DNA of 64,000 nucleotides from Candidatus Omnitrophota bacterium. Its GTDB lineage: Bacteria > Omnitrophota > Gorgyraeia > B26-G9. Each line of letters opens with the position of its first letter. Within the stretch, counting starts at the first letter, position 1. The DNA is taken from the NCBI GenBank assembly GCA_018817585.1, contig JAHITE010000097.1:4400-68399 (forward strand), written 5' to 3'. A program made the position numbers and the translations under genes. Below are positions 37,001 through 47,500 of the stretch, one piece after another. The notes below the pieces were generated by a model. It was not told the origin of the DNA. It did not search any database and saw only the letters and a program-made list of their open reading frames with translations.

Positions 37001-38863
37001 ATGATTGAATTAAGGGATATATCTAAATCATTTGGGGGACAGGAGCTTTTTGAAAACATTAGTTTTTCGATTGGTTCAAATGAGAAAATTGGACTTGTTG
37101 GCCGCAATGGTCATGGAAAGACAACGCTTTTTAGTTTAATCAATGGAACGCTTGCTGCTGATGCCGGGACAATTGTGATTCCAAAGAATTATCGGATCGG
37201 ATATCTTAAACAAGATATTACTTTTTCTCAAAACACTGTAATAAACGAAGTTTATCAAAGCATGCCGCGGAGCGAGCAGGATAATACCTGGATAGCGGAA
37301 AAAGTTTTGCATGGTCTGGGTTTTTCTAATCAGGATATGCTCAGAGCTCCGGAAGAATTTTCCGGAGGATTTCAAGTTAGAATTAATCTTGCCAAAATTC
37401 TTGTATCAGATGTAAATCTGCTTTTACTTGATGAACCGAATAACTATCTGGATGTTGTGGCAATCCGCTGGCTTATCCGGTTTCTTAACCAGTGGAGCGG
37501 AGAATTGGTTCTTATTACCCATGACCGTTGTTTTATGGACGCGGTTACTACGCATATATTGGGTATTTATCGGAAAAAACTGCGAAAAATCAAAGGTAAT
37601 ACGCAGCGATTTTATGATCAGATAGCGCAAGAGGATGAAATTCATGAAAAGACGCGGGTGAAGGATGAACGTAAACGGAAGCAAGCCGAAGTTTTTATAA
37701 ATAAGTTCCGAGCGAAAGCCCGCCAAGCCGGAATGGCTCAGTCTCGGATTAAAAGTATTGCTAAAATGGAAAAAAGGGAAAAGCTGGAAGCAATTAAGAC
37801 ATTTAATATTTCATTCAATGCTGCTGAATTCGGAGCAGCAAATATGATGACGGTGACTAATCTTAGTTTTGCTTATGACCTTAATTTGCCGCCTTTATTT
37901 AAAGATATTTCGCTGCGTATTGGTAAAAGGCAGAGATTATGTGTTGTTGGTAAAAATGGAAAAGGTAAATCAACATTACTCCGAGTGCTTGCCGGACAGT
38001 TAAAGCCTGTGACCGGGACAATAAAAACGCATCCTAAGCTGGAAATCGGGTTTTATGCTCAAACTAATATTGCTCAACTGAATTCGAAAAGAACGATACT
38101 TGATGAATTAAAAAGTTCTGATCCCGATGCCGCAGGGCAAAGAGTGCGCAGTGTTTGCGGATCTTTATTATTCAGCCAGGATTTAGCTTTAAAGCCAATA
38201 TCAGTTTTATCCGGAGGCGAAAAAAGCCGGGTTATGCTGGGAAAAATATTGATGAAGCCAGCTCATTTACTTTTGCTGGATGAACCGACAAATCATCTTG
38301 ATCTTGAATCAAGCGAGGCTTTATGCGAGGCTATTGATAACTTTGACGGTTCAGTGGTGATGGTAACGCATAATGAGCTTTTTTTAGACAGGATTGCCGA
38401 ATCATTGCTAATATTTGACGAGCAGGGAGTTACTTTTTTCGATGGTAATTATCAGGATTTTTTAAGTAATATTGGCTGGCAGGATGAAGAAGCTGGCTTA
38501 AAAAGTCAAACTCAAAAAATAAAAAGTGAGCTGCCAGGTATTGACCGAAAAACCCGCAAAAGACTTATTGCTGAGTTAAGAGATGATAAGTCAAGAATTT
38601 TAAAGCCTTTGGAAGTTCAAATTACTGATTTTGAGAATAAAATAAGCAATTTAGAGAACAGATTAAAAAAAGTTAATGATGAATTATTAGAGGCTGCTTA
38701 TGCTTCTGATGCTCAGGCAATTGCTGATCTTGCGAAAGAAAGTAAACGCTTGCCCGCGCAGATTGATGAACACTATAATGATCTGGACAAAATTTTTCAA
38801 AAATATGAAATTTTAAAACAAGAATTCGAACAGAAAATCAGGGATATTGAAATAAGTGAATAA
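37001..38863 (+). CDS. ABC-F family ATPase (tandem ABC domains, no TM domain)
   Basis: Two Walker A motifs (GLVGRNGHGKTT, VVGKNGKGKST). LSGG signatures. An inter-domain linker and a C-terminal coiled coil. Confidence 0.85.
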   Translation: MIELRDISKSFGGQELFENISFSIGSNEKIGLVGRNGHGKTTLFSLINGTLAADAGTIVIPKNYRIGYLKQDITFSQNTVINEVYQSMPRSEQDNTWIAEKVLHGLGFSNQDMLRAPEEFSGGFQVRINLAKILVSDVNLLLLDEPNNYLDVVAIRWLIRFLNQWSGELVLITHDRCFMDAVTTHILGIYRKKLRKIKGNTQRFYDQIAQEDEIHEKTRVKDERKRKQAEVFINKFRAKARQAGMAQSRIKSIAKMEKREKLEAIKTFNISFNAAEFGAANMMTVTNLSFAYDLNLPPLFKDISLRIGKRQRLCVVGKNGKGKSTLLRVLAGQLKPVTGTIKTHPKLEIGFYAQTNIAQLNSKRTILDELKSSDPDAAGQRVRSVCGSLLFSQDLALKPISVLSGGEKSRVMLGKILMKPAHLLLLDEPTNHLDLESSEALCEAIDNFDGSVVMVTHNELFLDRIAESLLIFDEQGVTFFDGNYQDFLSNIGWQDEEAGLKSQTQKIKSELPGIDRKTRKRLIAELRDDKSRILKPLEVQITDFENKISNLENRLKKVNDELLEAAYASDAQAIADLAKESKRLPAQIDEHYNDLDKIFQKYEILKQEFEQKIRDIEISE

Positions 38864-38924
38864 TTGAATTTTTTAAAATATAAATTTGGCTTTATTGGAA
38901 AATAGAATTGAAAGGTTTTAATGT

Positions 38925-40289
38925 ATGGATCGTGCTAAGCAAATGGGCACAAAACCAATAGCAAGATTATTGGCAAAATTCGCTATTCCTTCGATATTCA
39001 GTTTGGTCTTGCACGCGATGTATAATATTGTTGATCGGATATTTATCGGCCGGGGAGTGGGCTCTTTGGGTTTAGCCGGAGTAACTCTTTGTTTTCCTAT
39101 GCTGCTTTTTATTTTTGCTTTTTGTCTTTTGTTTAGCAGTGGATCAGCATCTTTGATTTCCTTGCTGCTGGGCAAACAGGAAAAAGATAAAGCTGAGCAG
39201 GTTTTTGGTAATACTTTCGCGATCATGACAATTACCTCGGTTTTAATTACTTTTCTTGGTTTATGGTTTTCCGAACAAATTTTAAGTTGGATGTCCGTAG
39301 GTCCGCAGGTTTATCCCTACGCTAAAGATTATCTGCAAATATTGTTTGGCGGTTCTATTTTCTTTTTTTATGGTTTTTTTCTGACCTTTATTATCCGGGC
39401 TGAGGGAAATCCGGTTTACGCGACATTAATGATGGTTGTCGCAACAGTTGTTAATTTAATCCTTGATCCGATATTTATTTTTATTATGCATATGGGCACT
39501 GGAGGCGCGGCTCTGGCTACGATTATTTCCGAAGCAGTGATTGTGCTGATGGGGTTATTGTATATTATGCGTAAACAAGGGCTTCTGCACATTAGAAGAA
39601 AGAATCTTAATTTTAATTGGCCGAATATCGGGCAAATAGTTTATCTAGGTTTATCTCCGGCATTGATGGATATTGCCGCGAGTATTCAGGTAACTATTTT
39701 GAATTCGCGTTTGGTTGTTTTGGGCGGGGATATCGCGGTTGCCGCTATGGGAATTATTTTCGCGATTACCTCATTAATTGCTTTATTTACTTTTGGTATG
39801 GCCGCTGGCATGCAGCCGATAATTGGTTATAATTACGGCGCGGGTAATTATCGGAGAGTAAAGCAGACTTTTAGTTATGCGTGTGGGAGTACATTGTTTA
39901 TTATTATTATGGCAGTTATTTTGATCATTGTTTTTTCCCGGCAGATTGCCATGCTTTTTTGCAAGAGCGATCCAGGGCTAATAGATTTAAGTTCTCATGG
40001 TTTAAGAATTTTTATTTTCATGTATCCCTTGGTTGGGATTCAAATATTGGGAACACGCTATTTTCAAGCTATAGGCAAGGGGGTTCACGCTGTTTTAATT
40101 GGGGTTTCACGACAATTATTTTTATTTATCCCGATTCTTTATGTTTTGTCAGCTGTGTGGGGTGTTGAAGGAGTGTGGCTGAGTAGTCCGGTTACTGAGG
40201 TTTTGGCAACAATGGTAACTATGTTATTTCTTGCTCGGGAGTTAAAGTTGCTTAATTCGAAAATTAAAGCGCAGTCTGAAACGGTTTAA
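38925..40289 (+). CDS. MATE-family multidrug efflux transporter
   Basis: 454 aa with 12 predicted TM segments in the typical MATE N/C repeat organisation. Confidence 0.75.
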   Translation: MDRAKQMGTKPIARLLAKFAIPSIFSLVLHAMYNIVDRIFIGRGVGSLGLAGVTLCFPMLLFIFAFCLLFSSGSASLISLLLGKQEKDKAEQVFGNTFAIMTITSVLITFLGLWFSEQILSWMSVGPQVYPYAKDYLQILFGGSIFFFYGFFLTFIIRAEGNPVYATLMMVVATVVNLILDPIFIFIMHMGTGGAALATIISEAVIVLMGLLYIMRKQGLLHIRRKNLNFNWPNIGQIVYLGLSPALMDIAASIQVTILNSRLVVLGGDIAVAAMGIIFAITSLIALFTFGMAAGMQPIIGYNYGAGNYRRVKQTFSYACGSTLFIIIMAVILIIVFSRQIAMLFCKSDPGLIDLSSHGLRIFIFMYPLVGIQILGTRYFQAIGKGVHAVLIGVSRQLFLFIPILYVLSAVWGVEGVWLSSPVTEVLATMVTMLFLARELKLLNSKIKAQSETV

Positions 40290-40429
40290 TTGATTTATGT
40301 TTAAAAGATGCTAAGCCGTATATTTAGCCATCGATATAAGTATATAGTTTTTCTGGTTTAAAATCTAGCCTAAAATTAACCGCAGATATAGAATAATAGT
40401 TGGGAGGATGAGTAAAAAAAATTATTTGT

Positions 40430-40768
40430 GTGCTTATTTCTAGTTTAATTATCGGAGGATTTATGCAGGTCGCCAGATTTATTGATTTGATTGATTATCA
40501 GGATGGTTCAATTGTAAGTAAAGAGATTATGAAAAAAGATGCAGGTACAGTGACTTTATTTGCGTTTGATAAAGGCCAGGGATTGAGCGAGCATACAGCG
40601 CCTTTTGATGCATTGGTTCAGGTGCTCGATGGGGTAGCGGCTGTTAGTATATCGGGACAACCCTATAGCGTAAAGCAAGGGGAAATGGTTATTATGCCGG
40701 CAAATGAGTCTCATTCTGTAAATGCTGAGCAAAAGTTTAAAATGCTTTTAGTGCTTATAAAAAAATAA
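40430..40768 (+). CDS. cupin-domain protein
   Basis: Small beta-barrel motif pattern (G..L.EH......LVQVLDG......G......G..V..PAN..H). Confidence 0.6.
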   Translation: MLISSLIIGGFMQVARFIDLIDYQDGSIVSKEIMKKDAGTVTLFAFDKGQGLSEHTAPFDALVQVLDGVAAVSISGQPYSVKQGEMVIMPANESHSVNAEQKFKMLLVLIKK

Positions 40769-40797
40769 GATATCAGCCTATATGTATTGAGGGAAAT

Positions 40798-41724
40798 ATG
40801 AAATTATCAAAATGGGGACAAATTATTAATAAGCGGACAAGGGCAAGCCCTGTCCCTACTATTTTTTTTTGTTTTTTTATGATTACTTTTTTTTCTGCGC
40901 AGGCATTCGCGCTTGAATGGGTGAATTTGCATGAACAATCAGATAAGCTGACAGGGCTTGAATCCGCGGAAATAGCAGCGGCTGAGTATAAAACAATTGA
41001 TTCTTTGTATGTTTTAGGATTAACTTACTTGGCAGAATATAAAGATGACGCGGCGCAAACAATATTTTTAGAGATATTATCTAAAGCTCCAGATACTATC
41101 GAAGCTAAATGGGGGTTAGGGGAAGTTGCCAGGCGCAAATACAAGCTTGCGCAGGCTTCCCAGATATTTGAAGAGCTGATCTTACAATCCCCAGATTTCT
41201 CCCCGAGTTATATTAGTCTGGCTTATATTAAATTCAATTTAAAGGACTATAAACAAGCGATTCTGCTGGCTAAACAGGTAATTAATCAAGGCCAGAAAAA
41301 TGTCGACACAAGCAATTATGTCCGGGCTTATTTAATTTTGGCAGGAGCAAATGGAATGCTGGCGGAAAATGGCGGGCCATTAGCCAAAGTTATTCACGGG
41401 ATTGGTGTTTTTTCGATGCTTAAGAAAGCTGAGAAATTACAGCCGGAATGTCCGGGAGTTTATTTTGGATTAGGAACATTTTATTTGATGGCTCCCGGGT
41501 TTGCTGGAGGAGATATTGAAAAATCTTTTATCTATCTTGAACAAGCGATTCAGCTTGATCCCAATTTAATTGATGTTTACGCGCGTTTAGCTCAAGCCTA
41601 TAAACAAAAAGGTGATATCCCGAAATTTAAAGAATATCTTAATTTAGCTTTAGAAAAAGACCCGAACAATCTACTTTCCCAGGAAATCAGACAAGAGAAT
41701 CTATTAATTATCCAGGCGGATTAA
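40798..41724 (+). CDS. secreted TPR-repeat protein (paralog of 54121-55014)
   Basis: Signal peptide ending AFALEW. TPR-like repeats. Alignable along its full length with the 54121 gene (shared IEAKWG, (F/Y)ISL(S/A)YIKFNLK(E/D)Y, YLNLAL). Confidence 0.7.
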   Translation: MKLSKWGQIINKRTRASPVPTIFFCFFMITFFSAQAFALEWVNLHEQSDKLTGLESAEIAAAEYKTIDSLYVLGLTYLAEYKDDAAQTIFLEILSKAPDTIEAKWGLGEVARRKYKLAQASQIFEELILQSPDFSPSYISLAYIKFNLKDYKQAILLAKQVINQGQKNVDTSNYVRAYLILAGANGMLAENGGPLAKVIHGIGVFSMLKKAEKLQPECPGVYFGLGTFYLMAPGFAGGDIEKSFIYLEQAIQLDPNLIDVYARLAQAYKQKGDIPKFKEYLNLALEKDPNNLLSQEIRQENLLIIQAD

Positions 41725-41730
41725 ACATAG

Positions 41731-42771
41731 TCAAATTTTGAGGATTTCTTGGCAATAGCAAATCATTTCTCGCTGGTAATTTTTTTTTAATTGTGAAGTT
41801 TTTAGGGCTTTGATTGATTTTCGCGTAAGATTTTTTATTAAATTTAGACAATAGCGGAGACTACCGCTATCCCGCAATATCCGGCGCATATCAGTAATGT
41901 CCTGATTGCTGAGTTTTTTTTCGCCGAGAATGTTTTTTAAGCGGGTTTTCTCAGTATGATTAGCATGTTTATACGCGTACCAAACAAGTAAAGTTTTTTT
42001 ATTTTCTTGGATATCGCTAAGATTTGATTTGCCAGTTTGGTTTATTTCGGCAAATATGCCAAGGATATCATCTTTTATTTGAAAAGCCCGGCCGCAGTAT
42101 TTACCAAATTTGAATAGTTTCTTAATTTCACTGTTTTTGGCCCCGGCGAGTATGGCAGCGGTTATTATCGGAGCAGAAAAGGTATAATAAGCAGTTTTGT
42201 AATCATAGGTTTGATAGATTTCTTTTTTGCTGATTTGTTTGATTTCTTTTCTGCTGTTGACTATCTCCACAAATTCTCCGCAGCCGGTATAAAAACCAGA
42301 TTCAATAAATTTTAAAAGGGCTTTTTGCTTTTTCTCGAAAGATTCATTGATGGCCATAAATGAATCTATGGCAAGCGCATAAATCAGATCACCCGTGATT
42401 AAAGCTAAGGACATGCCGATGGACTGTTTTTCGCTAGAAGAGCTTAGGTAATTACTCAGAAGAACATGCATCGATGGTTTGTCGCGGCGGATATCAGCGT
42501 TATCCAGGATATCGTCATGGATTAATAAAAAACAATGCAGTAATTCCAGGGCTAACGCGGATCTGTAAAGTCCTTTTGGTTTTTTTTTGGAAAAACCTTT
42601 ATAACTAAGAATAAATAACAAAGGCCTGATTCTTTTTCCCGGGCGATTTAAAAAATCGATTAGACTTTTATAGAGCAAGGGAGATAACTTGCTGAGTTTG
42701 TACTTTTTATTAAGTGAAATTATGAATTCAGCAAGTTCTTGCTCAATATTTTTTTTAATATTGTTTAACAT
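41731..42771 (-). CDS. polyprenyl diphosphate synthase (IspB/HepT-like trans-prenyltransferase)
   Basis: First Asp-rich motif LIHDDILDNADIRR. Second motif region FQIKDDILGIF (DDxxG instead of DDxxD). Confidence 0.8.
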   Translation of the reverse strand: MLNNIKKNIEQELAEFIISLNKKYKLSKLSPLLYKSLIDFLNRPGKRIRPLLFILSYKGFSKKKPKGLYRSALALELLHCFLLIHDDILDNADIRRDKPSMHVLLSNYLSSSSEKQSIGMSLALITGDLIYALAIDSFMAINESFEKKQKALLKFIESGFYTGCGEFVEIVNSRKEIKQISKKEIYQTYDYKTAYYTFSAPIITAAILAGAKNSEIKKLFKFGKYCGRAFQIKDDILGIFAEINQTGKSNLSDIQENKKTLLVWYAYKHANHTEKTRLKNILGEKKLSNQDITDMRRILRDSGSLRYCLNLIKNLTRKSIKALKTSQLKKNYQREMICYCQEILKI

Positions 42772-42797
42772 AGGTTCATGGTAACATATATACTGTT

Positions 42798-43739
42798 ATG
42801 CTACAAATAAAACCAAATCTAGCTTCATCCCATAAATACAAAGCGGCTGAAAAATATATCAGGGCTTTAAGAATACCTTTTATTACGGCCAGTCTGATTC
42901 CTTTTTTTTCCGGAACTCTACTCCAAACAGGGAGTATTGACTATTTGAAATTTGCCCTGGGTTTGCTGGCAGTTATCGCGACGCATTTAGGGGCTAATCT
43001 GATGAATGATTACTCTGACTCAAAATCAGGAGCAGACTGGCATGATCAGAAATTTTATGGTTTTTTTGGCGGTTCAAAGCTAATTCAGGAAAATGTTTTA
43101 TCCGAAAAATTCTATCTAAAAACAGCCAAAGTTTGTATGTTTATTGCTTGTTTCGCGGTAATCGGCTTGAGTGTTCGAGGCTCAGATTTGAAAATAATTG
43201 GATTGTTTTTGGGGATATTGTTTCTGGGAATTTCTTATTCTTATGGACCATTAAAATTTTCCTATCGATGTTTAGGAGAAATTGTTGTATTTATTTTGTT
43301 TGGTCCGGCAATTGTTATGGGCGCTTATTTTATTCAAACAAATATTTTTCCAACTTTAGCTGGATTTTTTTTGTCTTTGCCTTTTGCTTTTTTAATCGCA
43401 GGAATTCTTATCGCTAATGAAGTCCCGGATTTACCAGAAGACCTTAAAGCCGCAAAATTTAACCTGGTTAGTCTGGTGGGAGTAAAAAAAGCGTATTTGC
43501 TTTATTATGGGGTCATGGGATTAGGGTTTTGCTTTGTATTAGTAAACATATTAATTAATACTCTATCGCTTGTTTCTTTGAGTGTATTTCTGCTGATACC
43601 TTTAATCGGAAAAGCCGGAGTTTTATTGAAAAATAGTTATGAAGATAAAGCTAAACTTGTAAATTCCTCAAAGCTTACAATTATAGCGCAAACAGTCATA
43701 GGATTAATAATTGTTTTAGATCAATTATTAAGCAGATAA
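42798..43739 (+). CDS. UbiA-family prenyltransferase, MenA-like (1,4-dihydroxy-2-naphthoate polyprenyltransferase)
   Basis: NDYSDSKSGAD (NDxxDxxxD) motif. Polytopic membrane protein. Adjacent to the polyprenyl synthase. Confidence 0.7.
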   Translation: MLQIKPNLASSHKYKAAEKYIRALRIPFITASLIPFFSGTLLQTGSIDYLKFALGLLAVIATHLGANLMNDYSDSKSGADWHDQKFYGFFGGSKLIQENVLSEKFYLKTAKVCMFIACFAVIGLSVRGSDLKIIGLFLGILFLGISYSYGPLKFSYRCLGEIVVFILFGPAIVMGAYFIQTNIFPTLAGFFLSLPFAFLIAGILIANEVPDLPEDLKAAKFNLVSLVGVKKAYLLYYGVMGLGFCFVLVNILINTLSLVSLSVFLLIPLIGKAGVLLKNSYEDKAKLVNSSKLTIIAQTVIGLIIVLDQLLSR

Positions 43740-43742
43740 GCT

Positions 43743-44867
43743 ATGAAAAAAATAATAATTATTGGCGGGGGATTTGCCGGAATTGCCGCTGCTGATTTAT
43801 TGTCTAAATATCGCAATCAATTTGATATCACCTTGATTGATAAAAAGCCGGATTTTAATTTTTTGCCAATGCTGCCTGATGTGATAAGCAATAGAGTATC
43901 TGTGAAATTCTTAAGATGTAGCTTGAGTGATCTGGCTGCAAAATGGGGGATTAAATTTATAAACGCTTTTGTTCATGATGTTTGCTTAGAGGAAAATAAG
44001 ATTCTATATGCAGATAATGCGTTGAATTATGATTATTTGGTATTGGCAGCTGGTTCGGAAACAAACTTTTATAATGATATGAATTTGCAAAAACAAGCAT
44101 TTAAACTGGATAATCTAGAAGATGCTGTTTTAATCTTAAACGATCTTAATTCGCAAAAATATGAGAATTTTGTAATCTGCGGAGGAGGTTATACGGGAGT
44201 TGAGATAGCTACAAATATCCGGCGCTATTTTTTTAAAAGAAAACTCGCGGTTAAACCTATTTTTATTGTAGAAAAAAGCAAGGAAGTTCTTGACCGGCTT
44301 CCGCAATGGATGCAGGAATATACTTGTTTAAATTTAAAAAAAATGGGCATTGAAGTTATTCGGCAAGCCGAAGTTAAAGCTGTAATAGATGGAAAAATAA
44401 TGCTTAATAATGGAAAAATTTTTCCAAAAGCAGGTCTTATTTGGGCAGCGGGAGTTAAAACTCCTGATTTCCTAAGCCGGATAGGTTTAAAAACTTCATT
44501 TCAAGGCAGGGTATTTGTAGATGAATATTTAAGAATAAATCCTAATTGTTTTTGTGTTGGTGATAATGCCTATATTGAAACAAGTGGACAGCCATTAAGA
44601 ATGGGAGTGCAATTTGCCATTGCCCAAGGTTGTTTAGCGGCAAAGAATATTATTCGATCAATACAGAGGGGAAAATTAAAAAAATATCATGCTTTGGACC
44701 TTGGGTATATAATACCAATGGCTAATAATAAAGCTTGTGGCATAATATTAGGGCTAAAGGTAACTGGGCTGGTTGCTGTTTTTTTGCATTATCTAATGTG
44801 CGTATTTCGCTCCCTATCAATTAGAAACAGATTGGGGATTATCGGAAATTTGTGGAGAAAAAAATAA
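43743..44867 (+). CDS. ndh: type II NADH:quinone oxidoreductase (NDH-2)
   Basis: KIIIIGGGFAGI and ICGGGYTGVE dinucleotide folds. LIWAAGVKTPDF matches E. coli Ndh MVWAAGIKAPDF. Confidence 0.75.
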   Translation: MKKIIIIGGGFAGIAAADLLSKYRNQFDITLIDKKPDFNFLPMLPDVISNRVSVKFLRCSLSDLAAKWGIKFINAFVHDVCLEENKILYADNALNYDYLVLAAGSETNFYNDMNLQKQAFKLDNLEDAVLILNDLNSQKYENFVICGGGYTGVEIATNIRRYFFKRKLAVKPIFIVEKSKEVLDRLPQWMQEYTCLNLKKMGIEVIRQAEVKAVIDGKIMLNNGKIFPKAGLIWAAGVKTPDFLSRIGLKTSFQGRVFVDEYLRINPNCFCVGDNAYIETSGQPLRMGVQFAIAQGCLAAKNIIRSIQRGKLKKYHALDLGYIIPMANNKACGIILGLKVTGLVAVFLHYLMCVFRSLSIRNRLGIIGNLWRKK

Positions 44868-45007
44868 AGAGGTATTGTTTATGGCACAGAAGTTGCTAAA
44901 TAAACATAGGGATGAAGGTTTGATGTTCATTTGAGTTGGTTTATGGGGTCGGGGAAATAGAGTCTTGATTGTGTATTTCATAAAAGCAAGTGAAATAGGG
45001 GACAGGA

Positions 45008-45412
45008 ATGATTTATTGTTCAGCTGTTAAACAAAAAAAAGGATTTACTTTAGTTGAAATAGTGGTGGTATTATTGATTCTTGGCGGAGTTATTGCCGGC
45101 TTTTTAAGTGTAAATACAGCTAGTTTTTCATTATTAGAACAGATTAGCAGTTCAGTGATCGCGGTGAATGATGCTCGCTCTGTTATTGAAAATATGCGTA
45201 ATATTGATCCGTTCAACGCCGCAAATCTGACATCATTATATCCTGATGGAGCAAATGTCGTTGGTTTTGACAATTTGGTACAGGAATCAGTCAAAGTAAA
45301 TTATCTGAATACCGGGTCTGATCCGATTCAAGTCACAGTTAGCGTTAGTTGGCAAGGAAGAGCGAACCAGGCTTTTACCGAGCAGTTGACAACGCTTTTA
45401 ACAGCGCGTTAA
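45008..45412 (+). CDS. prepilin-type N-terminal cleavage/methylation domain protein (pseudopilin)
   Basis: KKG|FTLVEIVVVLLILGG leader. Confidence 0.75.
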   Translation: MIYCSAVKQKKGFTLVEIVVVLLILGGVIAGFLSVNTASFSLLEQISSSVIAVNDARSVIENMRNIDPFNAANLTSLYPDGANVVGFDNLVQESVKVNYLNTGSDPIQVTVSVSWQGRANQAFTEQLTTLLTAR

Positions 45413-45431
45413 TCAAGGAAAAACGAAAAAT

Positions 45432-46253
45432 ATGCGTAAAATTTTTTCTAAAAAAGGGATGTCTTTATTTGAAATATTAATTGTAAGCGTTATCGCGGTT
45501 TTTATTATGTTTACACTTTTGGCATTATTGTCTTCATCACGCAGTACCTGGGTGATATCCGATATTAAATCAGACATATATATTAATGCCCGTAAAGCGA
45601 TGAATGAGATGTTTGATGATTTAATTGAAGCTTCAAGCGGTAATACCGAAGACTTTATATTTATTGATCCGATCAATGGGCAGTTTAGCCAAGGGCTTTG
45701 GCTTGCATCAGCAAGAGGTGATTCCGGAGTTGGCGGTGAGGACGGAAGCGCGAATAATAATTACCTGCATTTAGATGTTAATAATGTAGTTAGCTGGAGA
45801 GCGCTTATTGTTTATTGTCCATATGAGAATTCTTCAGGGATAAAGCAGTTACGCCGGTACGTAGATTTTGGTTCGAGTATTAATTTTTATAGTCAGCTAA
45901 ATATTTTTCCTATGACTTTCTTATCGGTTACAACAGAAAAATTAAATTTTATTGCTGCTGACGGGGTAACAGTTATATCGATTGATCGTGCGGGTGGCCG
46001 AGTTTTAGCAAATAATATCAGCACAGAAGATTTTAATAATAACAATGTTCTAGATTCTAATGAAAATGATGGGCAGGTTAACGCTCCGGTTGATAATGAA
46101 GACGGAATTCTGAATTATGGGGTGAATTTTACTAAAAATGTGGGTAGTATTGATATTATTTTATTTTTAGCTAAAAAAGCCGCAAGGCTACAAGCTCAAG
46201 GGCTTGAATTTTCAACTACTTTAAGCAATAAAATTAAATTTAGGCAGCCTTAA
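45432..46253 (+). CDS. pilin-like protein with atypical prepilin leader
   Basis: KKGMSLFEILIVSVIAVFIMF N-terminal hydrophobic helix with Glu at +5-like position. Sits between two pilin genes. Confidence 0.55.
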   Translation: MRKIFSKKGMSLFEILIVSVIAVFIMFTLLALLSSSRSTWVISDIKSDIYINARKAMNEMFDDLIEASSGNTEDFIFIDPINGQFSQGLWLASARGDSGVGGEDGSANNNYLHLDVNNVVSWRALIVYCPYENSSGIKQLRRYVDFGSSINFYSQLNIFPMTFLSVTTEKLNFIAADGVTVISIDRAGGRVLANNISTEDFNNNNVLDSNENDGQVNAPVDNEDGILNYGVNFTKNVGSIDIILFLAKKAARLQAQGLEFSTTLSNKIKFRQP

Positions 46254-46273
46254 AAATTTTTAGGGGGGGGTAT

Positions 46274-47335
46274 ATGTTAAAGAATAAAAAAGGGTTTTTG
46301 TTAATAGTTGTTTATCTTGTTATCGCAGTGCTTTTGACATTGTTGGGTGTTTTTGTGTTTAAAAATATTTGGGAGGCAAAATCAGGCGCGGAATATAAAC
46401 AAAGAATGTCGGCTTTTTATTGCGCGGAAGCAGCTTTGGATAAGGGGATTGAGCGATTACCATCTAATTTAACCGGAGAAGCCAATGTCGCGCTGAATAC
46501 TGTTGGAGGTTCGCAGCAGGGTGAATATACTTATACAATATCAGTTATTGATGCAGGAAAAAGTTGGCGGGTAGAAAGCTGGGGGTTTGTGCCTAATCAG
46601 GCACAGGCAGCAGCAACTGCGCATCTTGAGGCTTATATTTCGAAAAAAGATTTGCCTTCCTCTTTTTGGGACAATGCGATCTATACAGCAGGAAATGTTA
46701 GGGTAAATGGGGTGGCTTATGATCTTAACGGTGATATTACTTATGGAGGTTCTTTGGTGCCAGGAACATTGGATCCAGCAAATTTTGTAGGAACAGCAAC
46801 GAATGATCCTAGTGTTTCTCCATTGGTCAAGCTAGATTATGAATCCCTAAGAACTGTTGCGGCAGGCCAGATTAAGGCTGATGGCAGTGATAATGTGTAT
46901 ACTTTTATGGAAGTATCCGCAGGCAATCCGCCGTTTCCTACATCTTTCTGGTTTGATAATTCTGATTCTGATCCAACAAAATGGGTGCCGAATGTTGTTT
47001 ATGTGGAAACAGACCTGGTTTTAAACGGTAGTATTGGAACAATTGGAGGGTTTTTTCTGGTTGTGGGTGATGTTACAACAGATCCCTTAGCTACATCAGA
47101 GACAATTATTAATGGTAATGGGGAAATAGATGGTTGTGTTTATAGTACAGGACAGTTCCGGGTTAATGGTGGAGGTACTGGTTTGAATGTTCTGGGAGGC
47201 GTTTGGTCGGGCACTGATGGAGTACGTTTAAACGGCAGTATTGAAATAGGTTATCATCAGCCTTATATGAATGCTATTCGGGATGTGATTCAGCCTGGTT
47301 CTACTGTCCAGCTTATTTCTTGGCGCAAGCTTTGA
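46274..47335 (+). CDS. PilX-like minor pilin / pilus assembly protein
   Basis: KKGFLLIVVYLVIAVLL leader. Gly/Thr/Asn-rich beta-rich C-terminal region. Confidence 0.55.
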   Translation: MLKNKKGFLLIVVYLVIAVLLTLLGVFVFKNIWEAKSGAEYKQRMSAFYCAEAALDKGIERLPSNLTGEANVALNTVGGSQQGEYTYTISVIDAGKSWRVESWGFVPNQAQAAATAHLEAYISKKDLPSSFWDNAIYTAGNVRVNGVAYDLNGDITYGGSLVPGTLDPANFVGTATNDPSVSPLVKLDYESLRTVAAGQIKADGSDNVYTFMEVSAGNPPFPTSFWFDNSDSDPTKWVPNVVYVETDLVLNGSIGTIGGFFLVVGDVTTDPLATSETIINGNGEIDGCVYSTGQFRVNGGGTGLNVLGGVWSGTDGVRLNGSIEIGYHQPYMNAIRDVIQPGSTVQLISWRKL

Positions 47336-47500
47336 TAAGCGGGAAAAGGAATTAAAAGGGGAGTCAGATTATATCTATGAAGTTTCCCAGATAGTTGTTT
47401 CTTCATTGTAATCCTATCTAAAAATATTCGGTTTTTTCAGTTTTAAAAAATAAACTATTGAAAAAAACTAAATACATGGTATATTTGTTTATAGTAAATA

